The position numbers were made by a program, and so were the translations under genes. Shown one piece after another: positions 31,681 to 42,641 of a stretch of 64,000 nt of DNA. The notes beneath the pieces are model-generated. The model saw only the letters and a list, made by a program, of their open reading frames with translations, had not been told where the DNA came from and ran no database searches. The stretch is from Nitrospirota bacterium (GTDB taxonomy: Bacteria; Nitrospirota; UBA9217): contig CAWBNQ010000003.1 in NCBI GenBank assembly GCA_963790205.1, positions 384,001-448,000 of the forward strand, given 5' to 3'. The stretch's first letter is position 1; every line of letters starts with the position of its first letter.

Positions 31681-33021
31681 ATGGGTAAAATGAAAGGAAG
31701 CAGTTCCAAGAAACTCGTTGCTTTGCTGTTGTTCTTTGGCGTGATGTTCTTGATCTCGCCTGCGGTCATTCTGGCGCAAAGCGCGGTCCCGGCGCCGAAG
31801 ATCGACACCGGAGACACGGCCTGGATGCTGGTGTCCACGGCGCTCGTGATGCTTATGACCCCCGGTCTTGCCTTGTTCTACGGAGGCATGGTAAGAAGGA
31901 AGAATGTCCTCGGGACGATCATGCACAGTTTTATTGCGATCGCCCTCGTGAGCCTTCAGTGGATACTGATCGGCTACTCGCTTTCCTTCGGTCCGGACAT
32001 CAAGGGGATTATCGGCAATCTTAGCTGGGCCGGGCTCTCCGGCGTGGGGCTTACGCCGAATGCGGGTTATGCGCCGACGATCCCGCATCTTCTGTTCATG
32101 ATCTACCAGATGATGTTTGCGGTCATAACGCCCGCGCTCATCAGCGGCGCTTTTGCCGAGCGCATGAAGTTCTCGGCCTACCTCATCTTCGTCCTGGCCT
32201 GGACCACCATTGTTTACGATCCGGTGGCCCACTGGGTGTGGGGGAGCGGGGGATGGCTGAAGCACCTCGGCGTCCTCGATTTCGCGGGCGGGATCGTGGT
32301 GCACGCGACCTCGGGTTTCTCGGCCCTTGCGGCCGCGTTCTACATCGGCAAGCGCAAGGGTTTTCTGCAGGAGCACATGCCGCCCCACGACCTGCCGCTG
32401 ACCGTGCTGGGCGCAGGGCTTCTGTGGTTCGGCTGGTTCGGTTTCAACGCGGGAAGCGCGCTGTCGTCCGGCGGGCTTGCGACCATGGCCTTTGTTACGA
32501 CCCATACGGCCGCTGTCTCGGCCACGCTCACCTGGACGCTCGTTGAGTGGGTCCACCGCGGCAAGCCGACCATGTTCGGCGCGGCAACCGGGGCTATTGC
32601 AGGCCTGGCCACCATCACCCCGGCGGCCGGTTTCGTGGGCCCTATGGCCGCGCTCGTTATCGGCATCGCGGCCGGGCTTTTGTGCTACACGGCCCTGAAC
32701 GCCAAGACGAAGTTCGGTTACGATGATTCTCTCGATGCCTTCGGCGTGCATGGTGTCGGTGGAACGCTGGGGACGATCATGGCGGGTCTCTTTGCGTCGA
32801 TCGCGATCAACGCAGCAGGCGCGAACGGGCTTTTCTTCGGGAACACGAAGCAGCTGGCCGTCCAGGCGGGATCGGTTGCGCTGGTCGCGGTCTACTCTTT
32901 TGTTGTGAGCCTGGTCCTGTTTAAGATCATCGATGTGGTCATGGGGCTGCGGGTCAACAAAGATGAAGAGACCGAGGGCCTTGATATCAGCCAGCACGGT
33001 GAGGCCGGATATACGGCGTAA
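31681..33021 (+). CDS. amtB: Ammonium transporter AmtB paralog (start may be 31690)
   Basis: PGLALFYGGMVR, YQMMFA, DFAGGIVVH, GFNAGS, DDSLDAFGVHG. Confidence 0.95.
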   Translation: MGKMKGSSSKKLVALLLFFGVMFLISPAVILAQSAVPAPKIDTGDTAWMLVSTALVMLMTPGLALFYGGMVRRKNVLGTIMHSFIAIALVSLQWILIGYSLSFGPDIKGIIGNLSWAGLSGVGLTPNAGYAPTIPHLLFMIYQMMFAVITPALISGAFAERMKFSAYLIFVLAWTTIVYDPVAHWVWGSGGWLKHLGVLDFAGGIVVHATSGFSALAAAFYIGKRKGFLQEHMPPHDLPLTVLGAGLLWFGWFGFNAGSALSSGGLATMAFVTTHTAAVSATLTWTLVEWVHRGKPTMFGAATGAIAGLATITPAAGFVGPMAALVIGIAAGLLCYTALNAKTKFGYDDSLDAFGVHGVGGTLGTIMAGLFASIAINAAGANGLFFGNTKQLAVQAGSVALVAVYSFVVSLVLFKIIDVVMGLRVNKDEETEGLDISQHGEAGYTA

Positions 33022-33104
33022 GAGGGCGAGGGAGGGGCGAAAATTAAGAACAGATACTCCGCGGATGCCTCTGCGAACCTTCCTGTGTTGCCGGGAGGTT
33101 CATG

Positions 33105-33250
33105 TGCCCATCCGCTGCACAGGTGCTTAGAGAACGATCTCGCTCGCCTGGTGAATTCCGGGTGCGGCCGTTATTGCCGGGAAACATTCTCTGCAAAAAC
33201 GCCCGGTTGAGGACCATGCGGGCTTTTTGTCTTATGGCACAGCGCTTGCT
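33105..33250 (+). promoter_or_regulatory. Sigma54 promoter with tandem enhancer (ntrBC)
   Basis: TGGCACagcgcTTGCT at 33235-33250; TGCCCATCCGCTGCACA-gg-TGCTT from 33105. Confidence 0.8.
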
Positions 33251-33362
33251 TAGTGAACAAGCAGGAACGCCGTCGGCTGTTCTCACCCGGGAAGCCTTGC
33301 CGTGCGGCAACGATGTCATAAATTATCTTGAATCGTCAAATATATTGTGATATCAATTAAGT

Positions 33363-34487
33363 ATGGAACCTCTCGCGACCCGGATACAAGACCTGACCGC
33401 CGACATCCTCACGGGCATCGTGGACGGCGTCATCGTCATTGACGCGGGCGGGCAGGTCCTTATCTGGAACAGGGCGGCCGAGGAAATGACCGGCATCGCC
33501 GCCACGGACGCGCTCGGCAAGAACATCGCCGTCGCGCTTTCCGACAACCCGGCGGTCGCGGGCCAGATCGAAAAAACGCTGTCCTCGGGACGGTCCTATT
33601 CGGATTACGAGGCCGAACTCTCGTTCAAACAGCGGCCCCCGAGCCCCGTGGGACTCGTAACGAGCGTGCTTACGGACAGCGACGGCTGCCCTACCGGCGT
33701 TATTCTCACGATCCGCGATCAGACGGGCGTGAGGGACCTCAAGGAGCGGATGCGGAGGTCCGACCGGCTTGCGACGCTCGGGATGATCGCGGCGGGCATC
33801 GCGCATGAGGTCAAGAACCCGCTCGTCGGCATCAGCGGTGCGGCGCAGCTCATGAAGTCCGAGATCCTGTCGGGTGACGGACCCGTACAAGGCGCGGGCC
33901 CGGGCAGGAACCTGATCGAGTACCTGGACGTGATCCTGAAGGAAGCGGACCGGCTGAATAATGTGCTTGAGGGCATTCTCGATTTTACGCGGTTGAAGCC
34001 GCATGAGATCAAGGCGTACAATATTCACAGCATCCTGGACCGCGTCCTGCTCCTGAATGAGGAGGGCGCGCGGCAAAGCGGCGTGGTCCTTACCCGCCTC
34101 TACGATCCGAGCCTGCCCGAGGTCATGGGGAACCGGGACCAGCTCATTCAGGTCTTTCTGAACATCATCAAGAACGCGGTCGAGGCCATGCCCCGAGGCG
34201 GCAAACTGACCGTGGTCACCCGGATGTCCGACCTGTTCACGAGCGTCCAGGCCGACGGCAAGAAGCACCGGCTCATGGTCGTGAAAATAAGCGACACCGG
34301 ACCGGGCATCAAGCAGGAGCATCTGAACGATGTTTTCACCCCCTTTTTCACGACCAAGGACAAGGGGGTGGGGCTGGGGCTGGCGCTGTCGTACCAGATC
34401 GTGCAGGAGCATCTCGGGACGATCCGGGTGGAAAGCCAGGAGAACGAAGGCACCACGTTCAGCGTTTATCTGCCGCTGGCGGGGTGA
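33363..34487 (+). CDS. ntrB: NtrB-like PAS histidine kinase
   Basis: PAS domain, AHEVKNPL, YDPSLP, N box, DTGPG, PFFTTK. Confidence 0.9.
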   Translation: MEPLATRIQDLTADILTGIVDGVIVIDAGGQVLIWNRAAEEMTGIAATDALGKNIAVALSDNPAVAGQIEKTLSSGRSYSDYEAELSFKQRPPSPVGLVTSVLTDSDGCPTGVILTIRDQTGVRDLKERMRRSDRLATLGMIAAGIAHEVKNPLVGISGAAQLMKSEILSGDGPVQGAGPGRNLIEYLDVILKEADRLNNVLEGILDFTRLKPHEIKAYNIHSILDRVLLLNEEGARQSGVVLTRLYDPSLPEVMGNRDQLIQVFLNIIKNAVEAMPRGGKLTVVTRMSDLFTSVQADGKKHRLMVVKISDTGPGIKQEHLNDVFTPFFTTKDKGVGLGLALSYQIVQEHLGTIRVESQENEGTTFSVYLPLAG

Positions 34488-34488
34488 T

Positions 34489-34600
34489 TCAATTGAGGAT
34501 TGCGAATTGCGGAATGCGGATTGGAACTCGAAATGCAAAACGTGGAATTGAAGATGAAAGGCTGATTTTAATTCGCAATTCGAAATCCGCAATTTGAAAT
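34489..34600. repeat. Heptamer-based inverted repeat
   Basis: attgcgaattgcggaatgcggatt...aattcgcaattcgaaatccgcaatt; similar tracts at 15049-15080 and 63706-63730. Confidence 0.6.
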
Positions 34601-34608
34601 TGAAAGCT

Positions 34609-36066
34609 ATGACCAATGAAAAAGTCCTGATAGTCGACGACGACGAGAGCGTGCGCTGGGTCCTCAAGAAGTCCCTCGAAAAGGAGGGTATCGAGACGGT
34701 GCTCGCCAAGAACGCCGCCGAAGCGCTCGAGCGGATCAAGGAGGGCGATATCGCGATCGCGCTCATGGACATCCGCATGCCCGGCATGAACGGACTGGAG
34801 GCGCTCGAAAAGATCCAGGACGAAGGCAAGGGCGTTTCGGTCATCATCATGACCGCACAGGCCACCATGCAGAACGCCATCGAAGCCATGCGGCGCGGCG
34901 CCTTTGATTACATCACCAAGCCTTTCGACCTTGACGAGGTGAACCTCCTCGTACGCAAGGCCATCGATGTACGGCGCCTTTCCCAGGAAGTGAATGCGCT
35001 TCGCGCCGAGGTGCGGGAAAAATATGAGGGCGGGCTCGTGGGCAATACGCCCGCCATGCAGGAGATCTACAAGACCATCGGCAGGGTCGCCGAGAGCGAC
35101 GCCACGGTCCTGGTCCACGGCGAGAGCGGCACGGGCAAGGAGCTTGTGGCGCGCGCCATCCACTTTCACAGCAAACGGGTTGGCAGGCCTTTCGTTGCGG
35201 TAAATTCGGCGGCGATCCCCTCGGAACTGCTGGAGAGCGAGCTCTTCGGCCATGAGAAAGGGGCGTTCACCGGCGCCGTGGCCCGCAAGATCGGCAAGTT
35301 CGAGGCGGCCGCAAGCGGCACGCTGTTCCTGGACGAGATCGGCGACATGAACCTCCCGCTCCAGGGAAAGCTTCTTCGCGTGCTTCAGGAACGGGAGTTC
35401 GAACGCGTGGGCGGCACGGAGCCGATCAAGACGGACGTGCGCGTGATCGCCGCGACGCACCAGAACCTTGAGAAGGCCGTGCGCGACAAGCGCTTCCGGG
35501 AGGACCTGTTCTACCGCCTGAACGTTATCCAGATCACCATTCCGCCGCTTCGAAAACGCAAGGACGACATCGCCCCGCTCGCTGAATATTTCATGCAGAA
35601 ATACCAGCCCGGCCAGGGCAAGGCCAAAGTGCTCACGCCGGAGACGCTCAAGATCCTCCGCGCCTATGACTGGCCGGGCAACGTGCGCGAGCTCGAGAAC
35701 GCCATCCAGCGCGCTATCACGCTTTCCCAGGGGGACAAGATATTCCCCGACGCCCTGCCGCCGCAGATCTTCAAGCCCGGCCACGGCGTCGCGCTCTCGT
35801 TCGAGAACTTCCTCGAAGAGAAGCTCACGGACCTCGTCGACCGCATGGGCGGGCTCGAGACCGGAGACATCTATTCCATGGTGCTCCAGCGCGTGGAAAA
35901 GCCGCTCATCACCCTCATTCTGAAAAAGACCGAAGGCAACCAGGTGCGCGCCGCGCACCTCCTCGGCATCAACCGCAACACGCTCCGGAAGAAGATCAAG
36001 GAACTGGGGATCCGGGGGCCCTTCGGCGATAATGGGGAAGGGGGGCGTGAGGAAGAGGAAGAGTGA
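34609..36066 (+). CDS. ntrC: NtrC-like sigma54-dependent response regulator
   Basis: REC domain, [33 protein letters not shown]. Confidence 0.92.
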   Translation: MTNEKVLIVDDDESVRWVLKKSLEKEGIETVLAKNAAEALERIKEGDIAIALMDIRMPGMNGLEALEKIQDEGKGVSVIIMTAQATMQNAIEAMRRGAFDYITKPFDLDEVNLLVRKAIDVRRLSQEVNALRAEVREKYEGGLVGNTPAMQEIYKTIGRVAESDATVLVHGESGTGKELVARAIHFHSKRVGRPFVAVNSAAIPSELLESELFGHEKGAFTGAVARKIGKFEAAASGTLFLDEIGDMNLPLQGKLLRVLQEREFERVGGTEPIKTDVRVIAATHQNLEKAVRDKRFREDLFYRLNVIQITIPPLRKRKDDIAPLAEYFMQKYQPGQGKAKVLTPETLKILRAYDWPGNVRELENAIQRAITLSQGDKIFPDALPPQIFKPGHGVALSFENFLEEKLTDLVDRMGGLETGDIYSMVLQRVEKPLITLILKKTEGNQVRAAHLLGINRNTLRKKIKELGIRGPFGDNGEGGREEEEE

Positions 36067-36985
36067 CCCGGGGTTACCATTGTTCTTGATTTCACGTGAG
36101 GGAAGGTCGGGTTTTGTGTTTAACCCGGCCTTTTTTGTTGTCCCGGTCACCAGGGCAGCCCTCTCTGGGTATATCCTTGATCGCAGTGTTACTTCCTGAA
36201 CGTCCTGTGACACGTAACACAGCTTTCGAGGAGCTGCTTCGTGATCATCAGCATGGCCTCAGTGTTGTTCTGATTTCCGGCGCGGCCAAGGGCCTCGACC
36301 TGCGCACGGAACGAGTCATGCCTCCGTTGGAAACCGTCAAGCCGGTCGCCGTTCTTGGGTAGCGAAAGCGTCCCTGCCCGGAGCGCCTGTTGCGTCCTGT
36401 CCATGGGTTCGCGCAGGGACTCGAGGGACTTCGAAGCGCGAACTCCGTCCGCCTGAGCGATGGCGGATACCATGTCGCGCATAACGCTGTCGAGCGCCGT
36501 CATCTCCGCGACAAGGGGACTTGCGGCGGGCCGCTGTGCCGGTGCGCTATTTTGGGTGGAGTGCTGGTCCTGGCTCGCGGGCTCCGCCGCAGCAAGGTGT
36601 CCGGCGGAAAGCAGCACGACAGTCAGGGAAAGGGCTTGCACGATCCTTCTAAACATACAGTCAGTCCTCCTTCCTCCTTAGTTGCTCATCGATAACAAGT
36701 ACGCATTGGAGACACTTTTAACAATAAATATATGTCTAAACCAAATTATACTGTAAAAATGATCAAACGTCAACTTTTTATTGATATAACCTGATCAACT
36801 GATATTTCCTCCAGCGAGGCATCAACCGCAACACGCTCCGGAAGAAGACCGAAAACTGGGGATCAGGGGGCCGGTCGGCGATGAGGGGGAAGCGGGGCGC
36901 GAGGAAGAGGAACCCGGAGTACGATCGATCTTGATTTCACACGAGGGAAGGTTGGGCTGTGCAGTTTAGCCCTGCCCTTTTTGTT
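35965..36985 (+). repeat. Imperfect ~170 bp direct repeat of the ntrC 3' end plus terminator (35965-36139 and 36818-36985)
   Basis: Both copies begin ggcatcaaccgcaacacgctccggaagaaga and end in a hairpin plus T run. Confidence 0.88.
36189..36656 (-). CDS. Class II cytochrome c (cytochrome c'-like)
   Basis: Signal peptide, helical body, C-terminal CVTCH..FR; sigma70 promoter TTGACG-17-TATAAT at 36745-36773 (minus strand). Confidence 0.85.
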   Translation of the reverse strand: MFRRIVQALSLTVVLLSAGHLAAAEPASQDQHSTQNSAPAQRPAASPLVAEMTALDSVMRDMVSAIAQADGVRASKSLESLREPMDRTQQALRAGTLSLPKNGDRLDGFQRRHDSFRAQVEALGRAGNQNNTEAMLMITKQLLESCVTCHRTFRK

Positions 36986-37505
36986 TTCTCGTTCAACACA
37001 AAGTATTTTTGCCCAAAATGCCATTTGCGGATAATACCGACAAGTCTGCGCTTTGGCTGAAACTGCTGTCCATTGCGAGTTGAAAGATGTTATCGAAGTC
37101 CTCGTTTATCGTCGAGGTCCTAAGTCCATTTCGGACCACAGGATGTCCCGAAGATGTTCCGAGAAGGCCGCACCGCTGCTTTAATAGTGGTTCTACACGT
37201 CTTCTAAAATAAAATGGGCGATGATATATCATCACCCATGATGTGTCTCTGAAGTATTGCTGCGAAGTTTTTTTACAGTTACGACTTCACGAAACCGCTT
37301 GTTTCTCGCGGATCGCGGCGGGCGTGGGCACCGCCAGGCCGGCCATCGTCCCGAGACCGCCAACCACGATACAGACCGCAGCTGCGCAGGATATACCAAT
37401 CAGATCCCCATCACCACCGCTGCCCTGGCAAACGAGCGCGGGCTCTCCTGCGCCCGTCAGCTTCCGGACCAGGATCAGCGTCCTGTAGCTTCCCTGGTGA
37501 CAGCT

Positions 37506-37676
37506 TCATCCGCGTGAGATGAAGTACGATAGGCCAGTTAACATGAGTTCGACTATCACGATCGGCGTGACAGCGTGAGCCAAAGAGAACTCCGGCATGA
37601 TTCCGAACACAAAGAGTACTAACCCGCCAAGTGTTGCGCCTATTTTCACTCCCGTTTTTGCCGCTTCGTTCTTCAT
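37506..37676 (-). pseudogene. Truncated paralog of the Gly-rich membrane protein at 38884-39189
   Basis: MKNEAAKTGVKIGATLGGLVLFVFGIMP matches MKNITVKTGMRIGAMVGGLGFAMFGIMP, then diverges and stops at 56 aa. Confidence 0.7.
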
Positions 37677-37723
37677 GGTTTTTTCCTCGTATTTGAATTT
37701 TTATATTTATTCTGGTTCTTTTG

Positions 37724-38038
37724 TTATTTGCTGCCAGCCCTCTCGGTATTTTCCGATGTCTGCCCGGTCTCAAGCACCCTGCCGACGAGCCAGCCTACAG
37801 TGGCCGTGACTGTTACGATCGAGATTCCGGACACCATGACGCCCACCAGCATGGACGCGAGCACGACCGCGCGTGCTATGATTCCCGGATCCAGCGGAAG
37901 CCCGAAGACCATTCCGGCCAATTTGATTCCTGCAGCGCCGCCCAGGAGGCTGCCGGGAAGAAGGCCGAAGATCGCGAAGAGCACTATTCCTGCGCCCGCT
38001 CCGATGTATGCTGTTTTTCTTGAAAGTATGGTAGTCAT
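37724..38038 (-). CDS. Small Gly-rich membrane protein (copy A1)
   Basis: AYIGAGAGIVLFAIFGLLPGSLLGG; RBS aggagg; paralog of 38570-38881. Confidence 0.85.
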   Translation of the reverse strand: MTTILSRKTAYIGAGAGIVLFAIFGLLPGSLLGGAAGIKLAGMVFGLPLDPGIIARAVVLASMLVGVMVSGISIVTVTATVGWLVGRVLETGQTSENTERAGSK

Positions 38039-38077
38039 TTTGTTGTCCTCCTTTTCGTTCAGTCTTGCCCTGGATAA

Positions 38078-38093
38078 TGCAGTTCGCATGCCA
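38078..38093 (-). promoter_or_regulatory. Sigma54 promoter
   Basis: TGGCATgcgaaCTGCA on the minus strand, about 40 bp before the start codon. Confidence 0.7.
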
Positions 38094-38514
38094 ACAGGTA
38101 ACTGATTGAATTTGCGGAAAACAGGGGAACGCGGGTTTTTGCAGGGATGAGAAATAGAGCAATTGCGTTATTAAACATGCAAACGAATCGGACTTTTGCC
38201 GAACGAATATTTATCTTCTTCGTATATCGGTATATCGGATGCAGAAAGAGGCGATACATGCGGCGCAAGATTCGCGCCGTCTGAGTCTGACGCAATAGTT
38301 AACGTACAAGGCACCTTTAACGTTGTCCGCACATACGGGAAAAACTGATTGGCAAAAGCATTTATTTTGCCGCAGGTGTGGGAGTTAATTAGAGATCGAT
38401 CGATCTTTCGAATACGACGGATGACCCACCCGCCTTGGGAGCGACATCAACGCCTTCTCACTTCTGCAAAACATCTTCACCCCCTGATCCCAGCGAAATC
38501 AGCAGGTTGGTCTT

Positions 38515-38530
38515 TGGCATGACTGATGCA
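38515..38530 (+). promoter_or_regulatory. Sigma54 promoter
   Basis: TGGCATgactgATGCA, about 40 bp before the start codon. Confidence 0.7.
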
Positions 38531-38569
38531 ATGAGAAAGGCAAGACAGAACGAAAAGGAGGACAGGAAA

Positions 38570-38881
38570 ATGAAGAACTCAAAATCAAAACAGGGTGCTT
38601 ACACGGGAGCGGGTGCAGGGTTGGTTCTGTTCGGACTCTTTGGATTGCTGCCGGGAAGCCTTGTCGGAGGCGCCATGGGAATCAGTGCGGCGGGCATGCT
38701 GTTCGGTCTTCCTCTTGAACCCGGACTCCTCCCACGCATGATCGTCCTGGGGTCCATGCTTCTGGGCATAATGGTCTCGGGAATCACGATCGTAACGGCT
38801 TCCTCGTCGGTCGGTTGGCTGGCCGGGCGGGCCATAAGCGTGACGGTCCACAATCCATTCGCCGCGGCGGAAAGGAGATAG
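38570..38881 (+). CDS. Small Gly-rich membrane protein (copy A2)
   Basis: AYTGAGAGLVLFGLFGLLPGSLVGG; RBS aggagg. Confidence 0.85.
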   Translation: MKNSKSKQGAYTGAGAGLVLFGLFGLLPGSLVGGAMGISAAGMLFGLPLEPGLLPRMIVLGSMLLGIMVSGITIVTASSSVGWLAGRAISVTVHNPFAAAERR

Positions 38882-38883
38882 CC

Positions 38884-39189
38884 ATGAAGAACATTACGGT
38901 AAAAACAGGAATGAGGATCGGGGCAATGGTCGGCGGGCTGGGGTTCGCAATGTTCGGGATCATGCCGGGCTTCTACTTCGGATCCTTCGGAACGTTGATC
39001 CTTCTCCAAAAGCTGATGGGCACGGTGGAACCGATGCTCTTCGTGCGGGCCGCAATGGTCTGCGGGGCCATGGTCGGGATCGCCTCTGCGGCGGCGGTGA
39101 GTCTGGTTGTCGGCGGACTGGCCGGCACGGCGCTGGGATATGCCGTATCAGCCCCGGCAGCAATGCGGCAGGCTGCGTCAAAAGCATAG
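38884..39189 (+). CDS. Small Gly-rich membrane protein (B)
   Basis: GAMVGGLGFAMFGIMPGFYFG; RBS aggag. Confidence 0.82.
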   Translation: MKNITVKTGMRIGAMVGGLGFAMFGIMPGFYFGSFGTLILLQKLMGTVEPMLFVRAAMVCGAMVGIASAAAVSLVVGGLAGTALGYAVSAPAAMRQAASKA

Positions 39190-39722
39190 GGTCGCGGAAT
39201 TGAAAAGCGGGTGCAGCGATAAACAAGGCGGTGAGAAATCACCGCCTTTTCTGTCCGGCAAAGATGAAACTTGCTATCGAAGTTCTCGTTTATCGTCAGG
39301 CCGTAAGTCCACTTCGGACACAACGTTATATATGGGTAGAGCATGAGGTCCCCTAAGTCGCTCAAAGGTCGCGAAGGGAAATCTTAAAGATCTTGAATTA
39401 AACTAAAATACCCTTTGTTTTTCGACGTCCCTCGCGTTTTTCGCGCCTTCGCGGTAAATATTCTTGCCTAAATCCCTTTTCGCATCTCACGTGGCACCGC
39501 CTTCGCACTTGATTCTTGTCCCCTATCATTATATAATCCAAGGTAATCACCCCCTCTGAGGTGCCGACTGTATACGTGGACGATCCCATTCCAAATACAG
39601 GAGGTCGACCTGGAGCTGTACGGATAGAAATATCCTTGTCCATTACTCCTTCTCCTGCAAGGAGAAGGACGGGATGAGGATGGGTTATCGATCTTATCTT
39701 GTTGCTGGGGACAATTACCGAC

Positions 39723-41522
39723 ATGGCCTTTACCGGAGATTTAGAGCATCTGTCCATAGTAGACATTATCCAGTTGGTCCACACAACGCGGAAGTCGGGC
39801 ATTTTTTCCGTTAAGGGAGGCAAGGGGGAGAGCAGGATCGTTTTCAGCAATGGGTTTATTGTCGGTGCAAATCATATCAACAACAGCGTCCGCATCGGGA
39901 CCATTCTGGTAAAGACGGGCGCCATAACAATCGATGATCTCAAGCAGGCCTTGGGCGCCACGAACGATGCCGCCAAGGACCGCAGGCCGCTCATGGTTAC
40001 TTTGATGCAGATGGGCAAGCTCAAGCGGGATGACGCCCTGAGAGGACTCAAAAAGCTGGTCGAGATGACCATCGTCGAGCTGATGAGCTGGAGCAAGGGT
40101 ACCTTTACGTTCGATACGGAGACGCTCGTCTTCTCTTCGGAAGGCGGGGCTGCTTTCGGCGACATGGAGCAGGATGTGGGAGTTGATGCCCAGATGGTTT
40201 TGATGGATGCGCTTCGTGTCTTTGACGAGCGTGAACGCGACCGCGCGAAGGGAAAAGAGGTGTCGTCCTTCGAGGCGCTCTATGCCGATGTCCTTCCAGA
40301 GGAAAGAGCCGGTGGAATACAAGGAGAACGCTCGACCATTACCGCGGATGATCTCGGGCTTGCCGATATCGACCGGCTTGAGAAGAAAATACCGCGGCCT
40401 GTTTCCGAAATGGAGATCTTCGATCCGGTCGAGATCCATCGCCAGAATATAAGGGAAATCCTCGCCGGTTTTTCTTCCGCAGAGCAGGAGGCCTTTGTCT
40501 CTTTTCTGAGGAAATCCGTAACTCGCAAGCCTGCGCCCGACGCTGCGGCGCAGCAGGCGGGCAAGGCTGTTGTCATTTTCAGCGGTGATGAGCTGATCAG
40601 GCATTCACTCATGACCATCTGTAAAGAGGATGGAGTACCCGTATTTGCAACAGACAACGAAATCGACCTCGAAGGGACCGTATCGCAGTGTCTCTCCGCC
40701 ATGAGAATGCCTCTGGTTGTTTTTGACAGTCCCCTAAGATCGAAGGACGCGTTTACCGAGAAGAAAATCCTAAGCATGCGGACCGCGATCATGAAGAAGC
40801 ATTCTGCGGTCCCGGTGATCCAATTTGCCTCTGTTGACGATGCTGATTTTTTCCTTCAATCATACAGTGACGGCGTCAGGGCTGTTTTCCCAAAGCCGCT
40901 GAAAGAGGTCCGGAGAGAAACCTATATCCACGATACGATGCAGTTTCTCGACACCTTCAAGTCGTTTATCAAAGGGTTTCAGGAGCGTGTCGATACCACT
41001 GACCGGTACATGAAAGAACTGAAAGACAACATCAAATTACTTCGCGAGATCACCACCCCTTCCGATGCGGCGATGATGATGCTCGCATCTGTTGCTGAAA
41101 TGTTCGAACGCGCGGTCACGTTTTTTGTCCGTCCTTCGGAATTGACCGGTGAACGGGCCGTCGGAGTGAGTTCCGAAAAAAGCATAGGGCCGACTCCGGC
41201 GGACAGGCTGAAGATATTGCTCTCAAAACCTTCTGTTTTCCGGGATGTGCTCGAAAAAGGGCAGGCCTATTACGGAGAGAGCGGCGATGAAGCGCTCGAG
41301 GAACTCTTTAAACAAATAGGCAAGCCCCTGAGCCCGGCCGTTGTCCTGCTGCCCTTGCTCGTCGATCGAAAGGTCGTAGCAATCGTATACGGGGATTTCG
41401 GCAAGAAAGAGGCATCCCCGGTGCAGCTCGATATACTCGAGATCCTTGCCCAGCAGGTCGGCATTGTTCTGGAATACGCGCTTTTCCGCAGACAGATGAC
41501 GAAAGCGGCTCAAAAATCATAG
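39723..41522 (+). CDS. DUF4388 (PATAN-like) domain protein with GAF-like C-terminus
   Basis: MAFTGDLEHLSIVDIIQL...KSG, WSKGTFTF; LLPLLVDRKVVAIVYGD. Confidence 0.8.
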   Translation: MAFTGDLEHLSIVDIIQLVHTTRKSGIFSVKGGKGESRIVFSNGFIVGANHINNSVRIGTILVKTGAITIDDLKQALGATNDAAKDRRPLMVTLMQMGKLKRDDALRGLKKLVEMTIVELMSWSKGTFTFDTETLVFSSEGGAAFGDMEQDVGVDAQMVLMDALRVFDERERDRAKGKEVSSFEALYADVLPEERAGGIQGERSTITADDLGLADIDRLEKKIPRPVSEMEIFDPVEIHRQNIREILAGFSSAEQEAFVSFLRKSVTRKPAPDAAAQQAGKAVVIFSGDELIRHSLMTICKEDGVPVFATDNEIDLEGTVSQCLSAMRMPLVVFDSPLRSKDAFTEKKILSMRTAIMKKHSAVPVIQFASVDDADFFLQSYSDGVRAVFPKPLKEVRRETYIHDTMQFLDTFKSFIKGFQERVDTTDRYMKELKDNIKLLREITTPSDAAMMMLASVAEMFERAVTFFVRPSELTGERAVGVSSEKSIGPTPADRLKILLSKPSVFRDVLEKGQAYYGESGDEALEELFKQIGKPLSPAVVLLPLLVDRKVVAIVYGDFGKKEASPVQLDILEILAQQVGIVLEYALFRRQMTKAAQKS

Positions 41523-41573
41523 ATAAATGGATGTGTCTCAGACTAAGAGAGAACGCGGAGGTACAAGAACGTC

Positions 41574-42641
41574 ATGGACAATGCACTCCTTAATCAGATC
41601 CTTAACATTGCCTTCGAAAAAAAGGTCTCGGACATTCATTTTGAGGTCGACAACCCGCCGATGTTCCGGGCGCGCGGCCATCTCATTCGCGCCAAGCTCG
41701 GGAACTTGACGAAACAGGATACCGAGTTCGTCGCAAAGGCGGTCATGGAGCAGCACAACCGGAAGCTGCCCGAAGACGTAAAAGAACTGGATACTTCCTA
41801 TACTCTGGCAAATGTCGGCCGTTTCCGCGTGAGCATCTTCCGGCAGCGCGGCAATCTCGGCGTCGTCATGCGGGTCATACCCCATCAGATAGGGAGCTTC
41901 GAGGAGTTGCATCTTCCCCCGGTCCTCGGCAGGATCGCGCAGGTCCCGAACGGCCTGGTACTCGTCACCGGACCGACGGGCAACGGCAAATCAACGACGC
42001 TCGCATCGATGATGAAGTATATCAATGATAATTTCGATTACAATATCATTACCATCGAGGACCCGATCGAGTTTCTGTTCACTTCGAGCAAAAGCTGTAT
42101 TATCCAGAGGGAAGTGGGCATCGATACGGAAAGCTTCAGCGGTGCCTTGCGGTCCGCGATGCGCATGAATCCGGACGTCATCATGGTCGGAGAACTGCGC
42201 GATCTCGAAACCATAGACGCCTGTGTCAAGGCCGCCGAGACGGGGCACCTGGTATTATCCACTCTTCATACCCATAACACCGCTTCGACCATCAGCCGGA
42301 TGGTCGGTTATTTCCCGCCTGAGGCGCAGGAGAACACCAGGCAAAGGCTGGCAGAGAGTCTTACAGCCGTCATATCCCTGAGGCTTATACGGGGGAAAAG
42401 CGAGGAGACTATTCTGCCCGTCCTTGAAGTGATGTATGCAACTTCTGCCATCAAGGCGTGCATCCGGGACAATAAACTCGATGAGATCGAGCAGTACATC
42501 GAAAAGGGCCGCGACGAATACGGCATGCAGACAATGGACCAGCATCTCATTCGGCTCTGCAGAGAGGAACTCATAACGCTCGATGAGGCAAAGCGCGTCT
42601 CTCGTTCAAAAGACCTTGAACGAAAACTGATGTTCAGTTAA
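41574..42641 (+). CDS. pilT: PilT/PilU-family type IV pilus ATPase
   Basis: SDIH, GPTGNGKST, TIEDPIE, QREVG, PDVIMVGELRD, AETGHLVLSTLHT, GMQTMD. Confidence 0.9.
   Translation: MDNALLNQILNIAFEKKVSDIHFEVDNPPMFRARGHLIRAKLGNLTKQDTEFVAKAVMEQHNRKLPEDVKELDTSYTLANVGRFRVSIFRQRGNLGVVMRVIPHQIGSFEELHLPPVLGRIAQVPNGLVLVTGPTGNGKSTTLASMMKYINDNFDYNIITIEDPIEFLFTSSKSCIIQREVGIDTESFSGALRSAMRMNPDVIMVGELRDLETIDACVKAAETGHLVLSTLHTHNTASTISRMVGYFPPEAQENTRQRLAESLTAVISLRLIRGKSEETILPVLEVMYATSAIKACIRDNKLDEIEQYIEKGRDEYGMQTMDQHLIRLCREELITLDEAKRVSRSKDLERKLMFS

Noticed and set aside
36781..36798. Fnr/Dnr box upstream of the cytochrome c' gene
   Set aside because: TTGAT and ATCAA are separated by 8 nt rather than 4
36993..37235. 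80 aa ORF overlapping the partial repeat copy
   Set aside because: No recognisable motif, and the reading frame is not preserved across the three repeat copies
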